From the NCBI RefSeq assembly GCF_003096195.1, contig NZ_CP023004.1, forward strand, positions 37,299 through 101,298: a DNA stretch of 64,000 bases, in the 5' to 3' direction. This stretch comes from Ereboglobus luteus. Lineage in GTDB: Bacteria > Verrucomicrobiota > Verrucomicrobiia > Opitutales > Opitutaceae. Of the stretch, positions 49,291 to 57,422 are shown piece by piece (the stretch's first letter is position 1; the number at the start of each line of letters is the position of its first letter). A program made the translations under genes and the position numbers. The notes beneath the pieces were generated by a model. That model had not been told where the DNA came from. It saw only the letters and a program-made list of their open reading frames with translations, and searched no databases.

Positions 49291-49482
49291 GTTCGTATTT
49301 TGGATTTTGTATTCTCGATTTTGGATTGATGAACCACGGAAGATAATTCGAGAGGGTATTGATGGTTTCCGGGTTTTGTTTTTTAACCGCGAATGGACGC
49401 TAAAGGACGCGAATAAATACAAATGAAACACGGGTCGAAAATCGGCCTGTTATTCGCGTCTATTCGCGTTCGTTCGCGGTTC
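49291..49482. repeat. Composite element in the rpsO-pnp intergenic/pnp leader: CCAAAAT-heptad arm abutting the pnp ATG (49291-49328), plus a palindrome with CGCGAAT-type arms and core AAATGAAACACGGG (49387-49482).
   Basis: CCGCGAATGGACGCTAAAGGACGCGAATAAATAC-AAATGAAACAC..-TTATTCGCGTCTATTCGCGTTCGTTCGCGGTTC; both arm types are also found in the uvrA linker 2152-2278. Confidence 0.55.
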
Positions 49483-49694
49483 TAAATCTCTGACTGGTTT
49501 TTATTATGGGCAAAAACTCGCGGACAATGGTGTTCGCGTTGCTTTTGCCGGGAGGTGTCTTTTTTGCATCCTCGTTCAGTGTTCGAGAGATTTCCGTTTG
49601 GCGCCTGCGCTGTTTTTTGCGGCGGAAGAGACAAGCGGAAATGTCCCGGAATCTGTGGCGAGTGTCGTTGGCTGCGCGGGGCAGTTAAGACAAC

Positions 49695-49719
49695 GGGCGA
49701 CCCGCGGATCGGGTCGCCC
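49695..49719 (-). terminator. Hairpin after rpsO (rpsO terminator / pnp leader structure).
   Basis: GGGCGACCCG-CGGATC-GGGTCGCCC ~20 nt past the rpsO stop. Confidence 0.5.
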
Positions 49720-49737
49720 GTGTGCTGAAAAGAGTGG

Positions 49738-50001
49738 TTAGCGACGGAGGCTGAGCCTTTGCAGCATCTCGTTATACTTGGGCAGATCGTTGCGCTTCAA
49801 GTAATCGAGGAGTTTGCGGCGGCGGCTGGCCATCTGGAGAAGGCCGCGGCGGCTGTGGAAGTCCTTGCGATGCGTGCGCAGATGCTCGGTCAAGTGATTG
49901 ATGCGAGCGGTGAGCAACGCGATCTGGACTTCGGAAGAGCCGGTGTCCTTCTCGTGTGTTTTGAACTGACTGATGATTTCTGGTTTTACTACTGTTGACA
50001 T
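49738..50001 (-). CDS. rpsO: 30S ribosomal protein S15.
   Basis: [48 protein letters not shown]. Confidence 0.9.
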   Translation of the reverse strand: MSTVVKPEIISQFKTHEKDTGSSEVQIALLTARINHLTEHLRTHRKDFHSRRGLLQMASRRRKLLDYLKRNDLPKYNEMLQRLSLRR

Positions 50002-50384
50002 GTGGTTTTGTGGTTTTGAACTGCACGACCGTAGGGGCGCCTTGTTGAAGGGCGTCCGCGCAACCCGCTCCTGCCTGCGAAGTTGTGAGACAACGCGGGC
50101 GTTTGCCGGTGGCACCGTTCCAATCCGGCGGGATGCCGGACCGGTCATGGTGGGAATCCGCAACCGACGGACTTCCACTAACGCAAGCCGCGATATATCT
50201 AGGAGCGCGCAAGGCGGCGCAAGAAGAATTTACGCAAATCCTCACGGAGTCGACCTCGCGAATGCCCCCACCCTTTCCCAAAAAATTCGATAGGACCCAA
50301 AACACACTCATCGTCACCACCCAAACCTTTGTCCGGAAAAACGCAGGGAACCCCACACACACGCATTGTGCGCGCATCGAATGC

Positions 50385-51821
50385 TCACTTTGCGATCAGC
50401 TTTATCAGCGCGGCGCGGTCGGTTTTGCCGCGCTGGGTGAGCGGGAATGCCGGCAGCACAACAATGCGGTCGGGGATTTTCCACGCGGCGAGACGCGGGG
50501 TGAGCTGGCGGCGGATGTCGGCGGCGGTCGGCGAGGGCGCGTCGCTGGCGACGGCGGCGGCGATGGCGTCGGGGCGCGTTGGATGCGCGGCGACAAAGGC
50601 TTCGCGCACACCGGGCAGGGCGCGGAGCATCGTTTCCACTTCGCCGGGGTCGAGACGGCGGCCCGCGATTTTCAGCGTGCGTCCGGCACGGCCAAGCAGG
50701 GTGAGTTCGCCGGCAGGGTTGAATTCACCGCGATCGGGCGGCGAATAGCGTCCGCGTCCGTGGACAGAGGGGCTTTCGACGGTGAAGCGTTTGCCGCGGC
50801 GGAAGGTGATGCGCACGCCGTCGATGAGTTGCCCGATGGCGCGGCCAGTTTCCGCGGCGTCGCCTTTGCGGTCGTAGGCGATGCCGCCGGTTTCGCTGGT
50901 GCCGTAGAAATTGTGGACGTGTTTGCCGTATTTGTTTGCGAAAGCGAGCGCGTCGGCGGGCTGGAGCGGCGCGCCGGCGGAAATGACGAGGCGCAGGCTG
51001 GCGAGCGCGGCGGGCGAAACGTCGGTGCTTGAGAGCGCGCGCAGGAGCGTGGGCACGGCGGGAAAAACGGTCGGTTTCCAACGGGCGCAATCGGCGGCGA
51101 TGGATTGCGGAAACGGGCTGGCGGCGCTGAGGAGGGGCGTGCCTTGTTCGAGGAGCGGAATGACGAGGTGGCCGAGTCCGTAGGAGTGCCCGAAGGGGAT
51201 GATGCCAAGGTTGAGGTCGCCGGGGCTGATGCGCATGGTTGCGCAAATCTGGCGTCCGTCGGCGAGCATTTGCGTGTGGGTGAAAACGAGCGCCTTGGGA
51301 ACGCCGGTGCTGCCGCTGGTGAGTTTGATGAGCAATTCGTCGCGGCGTCGAACGGGCGGGCGAGGCGCGAGCAGGGTGAGTTCACCGTCGCGCAAGATCG
51401 AGGCAGCGCGGCTGACGTCGGCAATGGCGGCAAGGCGGTCGGGTGTTTCCTTGGAGTCGGCGAGCGCGGGGACAGCACCGATTTCGAGCAGACCGAGGAA
51501 GATGTAAAACCAGCGCGCGCTGTTCGGCTCGGCCATGACCACGCGGCGACGCGTGATGTGCGCGCGGGTGTCGGTGGGAAGTGAATCGAGCCAGACACGT
51601 GCGGCGGCGGCGAGTTCAGCGCGACTCCAGACGCGCGCGGTGTCGCCGTCGATGACGGCGGTGGCGGATGGCGATTGCGCGACAAGTGCGCGCCAGGTGG
51701 CGAGGAGGTTTGTTGGGTAGGGCGAAACCTCCGGCTGAGCCGATTGCTTTTTCGCGTTCGGTGACAATTCCGGCTCAGCCGGAGGCTTCGCCCTACCTTT
51801 GGTATCGCCGACCGGAGCCAT
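50385..51821 (-). CDS. AMP-dependent synthetase/ligase (acyl-/aryl-CoA ligase family); start ATG overlaps the gatB stop (TAATG). Its 5' end contains a GGTAGGGCGAA-family hairpin in-frame.
   Basis: AMP-binding motifs LTSGSTGVPKA, YGTSETGG, ..GDxxxxxxDG..; 478 aa. Confidence 0.75.
   Translation of the reverse strand: MAPVGDTKGRAKPPAEPELSPNAKKQSAQPEVSPYPTNLLATWRALVAQSPSATAVIDGDTARVWSRAELAAAARVWLDSLPTDTRAHITRRRVVMAEPNSARWFYIFLGLLEIGAVPALADSKETPDRLAAIADVSRAASILRDGELTLLAPRPPVRRRDELLIKLTSGSTGVPKALVFTHTQMLADGRQICATMRISPGDLNLGIIPFGHSYGLGHLVIPLLEQGTPLLSAASPFPQSIAADCARWKPTVFPAVPTLLRALSSTDVSPAALASLRLVISAGAPLQPADALAFANKYGKHVHNFYGTSETGGIAYDRKGDAAETGRAIGQLIDGVRITFRRGKRFTVESPSVHGRGRYSPPDRGEFNPAGELTLLGRAGRTLKIAGRRLDPGEVETMLRALPGVREAFVAAHPTRPDAIAAAVASDAPSPTAADIRRQLTPRLAAWKIPDRIVVLPAFPLTQRGKTDRAALIKLIAK
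51715..51797. repeat. REP-like hairpin, variant GGGTAGGGCGAAACCTCCGGCTGAGCCG-loop-CGGCTCAGCCGGAGGCTTCGCCCTACC, lying within the 5' coding region of the AMP-ligase gene (translated in-frame).
   Basis: Same conserved termini as copies 12266 and 18630; the stem interior differs on both sides so pairing is kept. Confidence 0.6.
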
Positions 51822-53290
51822 TATTCTGCCAACAGACGGCGGAGGGTTTCATCAACTAACTTCGGGTTCGCTTTGCCTTTGCTGGCTTTCATTACGGGGC
51901 CTTTTAGGCCGTTGATGGCACTTTCCTTGCCGGCTCGGAATTCTTCGGCGGCTTTGGCGTTGGCGGCTATCGCGTCGCGGCACCATTGTTCGAGTTCGTT
52001 GGCGTCGGTCGGGACGGCTTTTAGGTTTTTGCGGTCGGCGATTGGCTCAGGGGCGTCGCCGGTGGCGAACATTTCGGCGAAGACTTCCTTGGCGGTGTTG
52101 GTTGTGAGCGTGCCGGCGGCGATGAGTTTAACGAGCGCGACGAGGTGCGCGGGCGGGATTTTTGCGACGGCTTCCTTGAAGGTGGCCTTGGTCGCGCCGA
52201 GTTCGCGGAGGAGGTCGTTGGTGATCCAGTTGCCGAGGGGTTGCGCGAGCGCGGGGGCGTCGGAGCCGGCGAGTTTCACGGCGGCGTCGTAGTAGTCGGC
52301 GAGGGGTTTGTCCCAGATGAGGACGGAGGTGATTGTGTAGGGGAGATTGTGGTCGGCCATGAGGCGGCGCTGTCGGTCGAAGGGGCGCTCGGGGAGCGTG
52401 GCGGCAAGGGAGTTTTTCCACTCGGCGCTGACGTGCACGGGCATGAGGTCGGGGTCGGGGAAGTAGCGGTAGTCGTGCGCGTCCTCCTTGGTGCGGAGCG
52501 ATTGCGAGACGCCGGTCAGTCCGTCGTAATCGCGGGTTTCCTGGACGACGGAGCCGCCTTTTTCAACGAGGGCGGTCTGGCGCTTGATTTCGTGCTCGAT
52601 GGCGTCGCGGACGTAGGAGATGGAGTTGAGGTTTTTCATCTCGACCTTGGTGCCGAGCGTGGTCGAGCCGACGGGGCGGATGGAGACGTTGGCGTCGCAG
52701 CGCATCTGGCCTTTTTCCATGTCGCAATCGGAGACGCCGCCTTGCTGCATCGTGGCGCGGAGGATGGTGAGGAACGCGGCGGCTTCGTCGCCGCTGGCGA
52801 GCGCGGGTTCGGTGACGAGTTCCATGAGCGGGGTGCCGGCGCGGTTGTAATCGACGAGCGACTCGGTAGCGAAGTGGTTGAGCTTGCCAACATCCTCCTC
52901 GAGGTGGATGCGGTTGAGCGGAATCGTCTTGTGCTCGCCCATGATGTTGCGCGCGGAGCCGGGGAGTTCGATTTCGACGGAGCCGCCGAGGCAGATGGGG
53001 GCGAACTGCTGTGTGAGCTGGTAGTTTTTGGGCGAGTCGGGGTAGAAGTAGTTTTTGCGGTCCCAACGGCATTCGTCGGCGATGCGGCAGTTGACGAGGA
53101 GGCCGGCGCGGATGATCTGGTCGATGGCGGCTTTGTTGAGCACGGGCAGCGCGCCGGGAAGCGCGAGGACAACCGGGTCGGTGAGCGTGTTGGGTTCGTG
53201 CCCGTAACCGGAGGCGGCACGGGTGAACATTTTTGTGCGGGTCTTGAGCTGGATGTGAACTTCAAGACCGATGACGGCTTCGTATTTCAT
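51821..53290 (-). CDS. gatB: Asp-tRNA(Asn)/Glu-tRNA(Gln) amidotransferase subunit B.
   Basis: MKYEAVIGLEVHIQL.., full-length GatB with C-terminal YqeY-like domain. Confidence 0.95.
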   Translation of the reverse strand: MKYEAVIGLEVHIQLKTRTKMFTRAASGYGHEPNTLTDPVVLALPGALPVLNKAAIDQIIRAGLLVNCRIADECRWDRKNYFYPDSPKNYQLTQQFAPICLGGSVEIELPGSARNIMGEHKTIPLNRIHLEEDVGKLNHFATESLVDYNRAGTPLMELVTEPALASGDEAAAFLTILRATMQQGGVSDCDMEKGQMRCDANVSIRPVGSTTLGTKVEMKNLNSISYVRDAIEHEIKRQTALVEKGGSVVQETRDYDGLTGVSQSLRTKEDAHDYRYFPDPDLMPVHVSAEWKNSLAATLPERPFDRQRRLMADHNLPYTITSVLIWDKPLADYYDAAVKLAGSDAPALAQPLGNWITNDLLRELGATKATFKEAVAKIPPAHLVALVKLIAAGTLTTNTAKEVFAEMFATGDAPEPIADRKNLKAVPTDANELEQWCRDAIAANAKAAEEFRAGKESAINGLKGPVMKASKGKANPKLVDETLRRLLAE

Positions 53291-53311
53291 TTTTTTGGAA
53301 AAATTCTTTTT

Positions 53312-53792
53312 TTAACCACGGAGGACACGGAGAGGCACGGAGTCAGAGGACTCTGCGAAATATGCCATCCTTGAGCAGGGGAACGTTGAAATTGATGAGG
53401 AAACCGATGCGGTGTCCGGAGAGTTTTAGGTAGGTGATGAGTTGCGCCTCGTGAACGTCGTGCAGTTCTTCCACCGCCTTGAGTTCAAGGATGACTTCGT
53501 TTTCCACTAGCAAATCCAAACGATAACCAACGTCGATGAGGGAACCCTTATAGTTCACGGGCACTTCTTTTTGGCGCTCATATTCCAGGCCCCTCAGTCC
53601 GAGCTCGAATGCGAGGGCGGCCTCATAGGTTGACTCAAGCAGTCCCGGCCCGAGCACCTTGTGCACCTCAATGGCCGCTCCGATAATTTTCTCTGTGAGT
53701 TCTTCCTGCAACAACGTGGTTTTCATTTGGAGGATTAAAATAAACCGGTCATCTCTGTATTCTCCGTGTTTCTCAGTGTTCTCCGTGGTTAA
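53312..53792 (-). mobile_element. GxxExxY cassette: 31-bp terminal inverted repeats TTAACCACGGAGGACACGGAGAGGCACGGAG / CTCCGTGTTTCTCAGTGTTCTCCGTGGTTAA flanking the GxxExxY gene; inserted in the gatA-gatB spacer.
   Basis: The TIRs abut the gene stop (53343) and lie 5 nt from the gatA stop and 21 nt from the gatB start; the TIRs contain a CACGGAG periodic repeat. Confidence 0.6.
53343..53726 (-). CDS. GxxExxY family protein (PD-(D/E)XK superfamily), inserted between gatA and gatB and bounded by 31-bp terminal inverted repeats.
   Basis: GPGLLESTYEAAL (GxxExxY); ..YRLDLLVENEVILELK core; 127 aa. Confidence 0.8.
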   Translation of the reverse strand: MKTTLLQEELTEKIIGAAIEVHKVLGPGLLESTYEAALAFELGLRGLEYERQKEVPVNYKGSLIDVGYRLDLLVENEVILELKAVEELHDVHEAQLITYLKLSGHRIGFLINFNVPLLKDGIFRRVL

Positions 53793-53796
53793 TAAA

Positions 53797-55251
53797 TCAG
53801 AGATTCGGCAGGTGCTTCGCCCAGTCGTGCGCGCTGTCGTAGGCGTGGGCGATTGAGAGCAACTCGGCTTCCTTGAAGGGCTGGCCGATGAGTTGCACGC
53901 CGATCGGGAGGCCGGTTTGCGTGAAGCCGCAGGGCATGCTCAGGCCGGGGAGTCCGGCCATGTTCACGCCGATGGTGTAGATGTCGCCGAGGTAGGCTTC
54001 GAGGGGCGTCTTGTGCGAGCCTTTGAGGAAGGCGGGCGTGGGCGAGGTGGGCGCGATGATGGCGTCAACTTGCTTGTAGGCGTCGATGAAATCCTGGCGG
54101 ATGAGCGTGCGGACTTTTTGCGCGCGCAAATAATAGGCGTCGTAATATCCGCTGCTGAGAACGTAGGTGCCGAGGATGATGCGGCGCTTGACTTCCTCGC
54201 CGAAACCTTCGGCGCGGGTTTTCGAGTAGATGTCAACGGCGTCGGTCGCGGCGGTCGAGCGGTGACCGTAGCGAATGCCATCGAAACGGGCCATGTTGGA
54301 GGAGCACTCGGCGGTCGCGACGATGTAGTAAACGGCGATGCCGTATTCGGTGTGCGGGAGCGAGACTTCGCGGATTTCGCAGCCTTGGTTTTTGTAGAAA
54401 TTGATCGCGGTTTGGACGGCGGCGGCGACTTCGGGGTCGAGTCCGTCGCCAAAATATTCCTTCGGGACGCCGAGCCGCCACGGGCCTTTTTTCTGGTGGA
54501 GCGCGGCGCGGTAGTCGGGGATTTCGGCGAGGATGGAAGTGGAGTCGAGCGGGTCGTGCCCGGCGATGGCGGAGAGCATGATGGCGGCGTCCTCGACAGT
54601 GCGGGCGATGGGGCCGACTTGGTCGAGCGAGGAGGCGTAGGCGGAGACGCCGTAGCGCGAGACGAGGCCGTAGGTGGGCTTGAGGCCGACGAGGTTGCAG
54701 AACGACGCGGGCTGGCGGATCGAGCCGCCGGTGTCAGTGCCGAGCGCGGCGGTGACTTCGCCCGCGGCGATGGCGGCGGCGCTTCCGCCGGAGGAGCCGC
54801 CCGCAACGCGCGCGAGGTCGTAGGGGTTGTTGGTGGGACCCATCGCGGAATTTTCGGTGGAGGAACCCATCGCAAATTCGTCGAGATTGAGGCGTCCCCA
54901 AAAGACGGCGCCGGCTTCGCGGAGCTTGCGCGTCACGGTGGCGTCGTAGGGCGAGATGTAATTGGCGAGCATCTTCGACGAGGCTGTGAGCGGCTGATCC
55001 TTTACGGAGATGATGTCCTTGAGGCCGACGGGAATGCCGTCGAGCGGGCCGAGCGTTTTGCCTGCGGCGCGGCGTTCGTCGGACGCGCGAGCTTGGGCGA
55101 GCGCGGCGGCTTCGTCGAAGGAATTGAACGCGCCGACGCGGGAATCAACGGCCTTGGTGCGGTCGATGCAGGCTTGGAGGAGTTCGACGGCGGAGATCGC
55201 GCGGGAGTCGAGTTGCGAGGAGACTTGGGTGAGCGGGAGGTTGATTGGCAT
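53797..55251 (-). CDS. gatA: Glutamyl-tRNA(Gln) amidotransferase subunit A (amidase signature).
   Basis: GGSSGGSAAAIAAG amidase signature, 484 aa. Confidence 0.95.
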   Translation of the reverse strand: MPINLPLTQVSSQLDSRAISAVELLQACIDRTKAVDSRVGAFNSFDEAAALAQARASDERRAAGKTLGPLDGIPVGLKDIISVKDQPLTASSKMLANYISPYDATVTRKLREAGAVFWGRLNLDEFAMGSSTENSAMGPTNNPYDLARVAGGSSGGSAAAIAAGEVTAALGTDTGGSIRQPASFCNLVGLKPTYGLVSRYGVSAYASSLDQVGPIARTVEDAAIMLSAIAGHDPLDSTSILAEIPDYRAALHQKKGPWRLGVPKEYFGDGLDPEVAAAVQTAINFYKNQGCEIREVSLPHTEYGIAVYYIVATAECSSNMARFDGIRYGHRSTAATDAVDIYSKTRAEGFGEEVKRRIILGTYVLSSGYYDAYYLRAQKVRTLIRQDFIDAYKQVDAIIAPTSPTPAFLKGSHKTPLEAYLGDIYTIGVNMAGLPGLSMPCGFTQTGLPIGVQLIGQPFKEAELLSIAHAYDSAHDWAKHLPNL

Positions 55252-55286
55252 CGGAAACAGGAGAGGGATTCGGGCGGTTGTTTTAA

Positions 55287-55380
55287 TTAACCACGGAGGA
55301 CACGGAGAGCGCGGAGGGACGGAAGAAGATGAGTTTGGAGTTTTGTTTTTCTCCGGGAACTCCGTGTTCTCCGTGGTTAA
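55287..55380. repeat. Solo 94-bp palindrome with the same TIRs as the GxxExxY cassette (TTAACCACGGAGGACACGGAGAGCGCGGAG ... CTCCGGGAACTCCGTGTTCTCCGTGGTTAA) but no ORF; sits in the gatC-gatA spacer.
   Basis: ~90% identity of both ends to 53312-53342 and 53762-53792. Confidence 0.7.
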
Positions 55381-55394
55381 TCTTTCTGAGTGAG

Positions 55395-55688
55395 TTATTC
55401 GACGACCTTGGGCACACTGATCATATTGTCGCGCTGGGCGGGGGCGTTGCGGAGGGCTTCGTCGGCGGTGAAGCCGGGCGTGACGTTGTCCTCGGCCCAG
55501 ACGTTGGAAATGGGGAAGCCGTGCGCGGTCGGCTCGATGCCGGTGATGTCAACGCGCTTGAGCTGATCGACGTATTTGAGGACGTCGCCGAGCTGCGCGG
55601 CGAACTTCTCCTTTTCGTCGGGCGCGAGGTCGATGCGCGCGAGCGAGGCGAGTTTTTCGATGTCGAGATTTGGTGATGTGGCGGCCAT
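55395..55688 (-). CDS. gatC: Glutamyl-tRNA(Gln) amidotransferase subunit C.
   Basis: IEKLASLARIDL..EKFAAQLGDVLKYVDQL. Confidence 0.85.
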   Translation of the reverse strand: MAATSPNLDIEKLASLARIDLAPDEKEKFAAQLGDVLKYVDQLKRVDITGIEPTAHGFPISNVWAEDNVTPGFTADEALRNAPAQRDNMISVPKVVE

Positions 55689-55835
55689 GTGAAAAATAAG
55701 AGGATGATCCGTTCTGAGAAAGTTGCACAGAAGGAAATGAAGGGAATTTCAAGAAAATCCGGCTTCCATTCGCAAGCTATTGATTGCATCCCTTCGGCCT
55801 TTAAACTTAGACTTTGCCTAACTTGATTCCTCGTA

Positions 55836-56525
55836 ATGAATTTCTTGGCAACAACCCCACGGCCATTTAAGCGCATCTTGCGTGCACTCCTCCTATCCAC
55901 GCTCCTGTCGGCAACAGCTTTTGCAACAGCGCAAATGCCGGACATTTTAATATATAAAGGGGAAGAATATTCTCTTCATATAAATCCGCTTGATGAGTTT
56001 TTTTACAAAAATCCCGACGTGAAATTGCCAAAATCATCCACCCTCGTAATATCATCGGCATTATGGCGTGGATACCTTGCCACGTTTGAAATTAAAAATG
56101 ATTATTTTTTTATCAAGAACGTGCAAACACTGACCGGCGATGGGAAAGGCACAGCCGAATCAAGATGGAAAAGCGTGATCAATGATATCTTCAAGGAGAC
56201 AATGAGCAGGCGACTTGATTGGTTTTCGGGATTACTGATTTTGCCCCGAGGAAAAGTGGTTGATTATGTCCACTTAGGATATGCATCTACCTTTGAAAAT
56301 TATACGCTACTAGAGATAGACAAGGGGAAATGTGTTAAAGAAAGGCATTTTTCAACCGAAGGGTATTCTAAATTTAAAAAGAAACAATTCAAGGCGTTTA
56401 AAAAAACTGATGAATACAATAGACTTATTAATAAATTTAATGAACAAGGAGTGAGTAAAAAACGAGCAATTGCAAATATAAGAAATCGAGTAGTTTATTA
56501 CTCAAAAAAGATACTGGTTGACTGA
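55836..56525 (+). CDS. Hypothetical secreted protein, markedly low GC (~38%).
   Basis: Signal peptide; composition atypical for this replicon. Confidence 0.45.
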   Translation: MNFLATTPRPFKRILRALLLSTLLSATAFATAQMPDILIYKGEEYSLHINPLDEFFYKNPDVKLPKSSTLVISSALWRGYLATFEIKNDYFFIKNVQTLTGDGKGTAESRWKSVINDIFKETMSRRLDWFSGLLILPRGKVVDYVHLGYASTFENYTLLEIDKGKCVKERHFSTEGYSKFKKKQFKAFKKTDEYNRLINKFNEQGVSKKRAIANIRNRVVYYSKKILVD

Positions 56526-56579
56526 TGTATTTCAAAAATCACTCAAGTTTAGCCATTAAAGCGGCCAGTCGGAAACAAT

Positions 56580-57311
56580 CTACTCGCAAGCAACGTCTGC
56601 GATTGTGACGGCGCCGTCGTTGCCGGAATACATGCGGCGGTTATTTGAGTTGAATTCGTATTTCACGTCGAGCGCGAGTTGCTCGATCGAGACGAGTTTG
56701 TAGTGGACGAGCTGGTAGGTGTCGCCGGCGCGCGAGGTCTCGAAGGCGATGAGGAGGTGGACGGCGTCGCACGCGATTTTCGGGTCGTCGGAGGGCGAGA
56801 GATAAAATGTGCGCATGGTGGTGCCGGCCGTGGCGGCGCTGTAGGTTTTGCACTCCATGTAAAAACGCTCGTCGTTGAATGTGAAAGTGATGTCGGGGTA
56901 GCCGACCTCGCGAGCCCTGCCGCTTTTCGCGCCGGTGGGAACGGCGGAGGGCAAGCCCTCGGCGTCGAGTGCGGCGCGGACGTATTTTTCGACGGCGTTG
57001 CCGACTTCGTTGACGCGTTTGCTGTTGATGCCGCCCTCGGATTTTATTTTCGCGACGACCGCGGCGGCGGCGCGATTCAGGCGCTTGAGGACCTCGGCGT
57101 GGCTTGGGTTTTCGGAATCGAAGGGGAGCACCTTGTGGCCGGTGAGCGACTCGACGACGACGCTAAGCGGCACGGAGCGGATCGGCGCGCGCATTTGCGC
57201 GATGGCGGCCTTGGTTTGCCCGGGATCGGCGGCGGGTGGCGCGACAGTGCCCGAGGCTGTTTGCGCGACGGCGGCGGCGCAGAGGAGAAAAACAAAACAT
57301 GCGCAAGACAA
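56580..57311 (-). CDS. Hypothetical secreted protein; possible PD-(D/E)XK-like motif (YPDITF..FYMECKTY). Inference only.
   Basis: Signal peptide MSCACFVFLLCAAAVAQTASG; D..E-x-K spacing. Confidence 0.4.
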   Translation of the reverse strand: MSCACFVFLLCAAAVAQTASGTVAPPAADPGQTKAAIAQMRAPIRSVPLSVVVESLTGHKVLPFDSENPSHAEVLKRLNRAAAAVVAKIKSEGGINSKRVNEVGNAVEKYVRAALDAEGLPSAVPTGAKSGRAREVGYPDITFTFNDERFYMECKTYSAATAGTTMRTFYLSPSDDPKIACDAVHLLIAFETSRAGDTYQLVHYKLVSIEQLALDVKYEFNSNNRRMYSGNDGAVTIADVACE

Positions 57312-57422
57312 CGCGAACGGTCGCGAGCCCGGACGCCGGCGGGGGATAGTAAATCGGGCGGGGTATTCATGTCGGAGTTGGGTTGTGTGCCTTGGGGGGC
57401 GGCGCGGACCGGAGTGCTTGCG

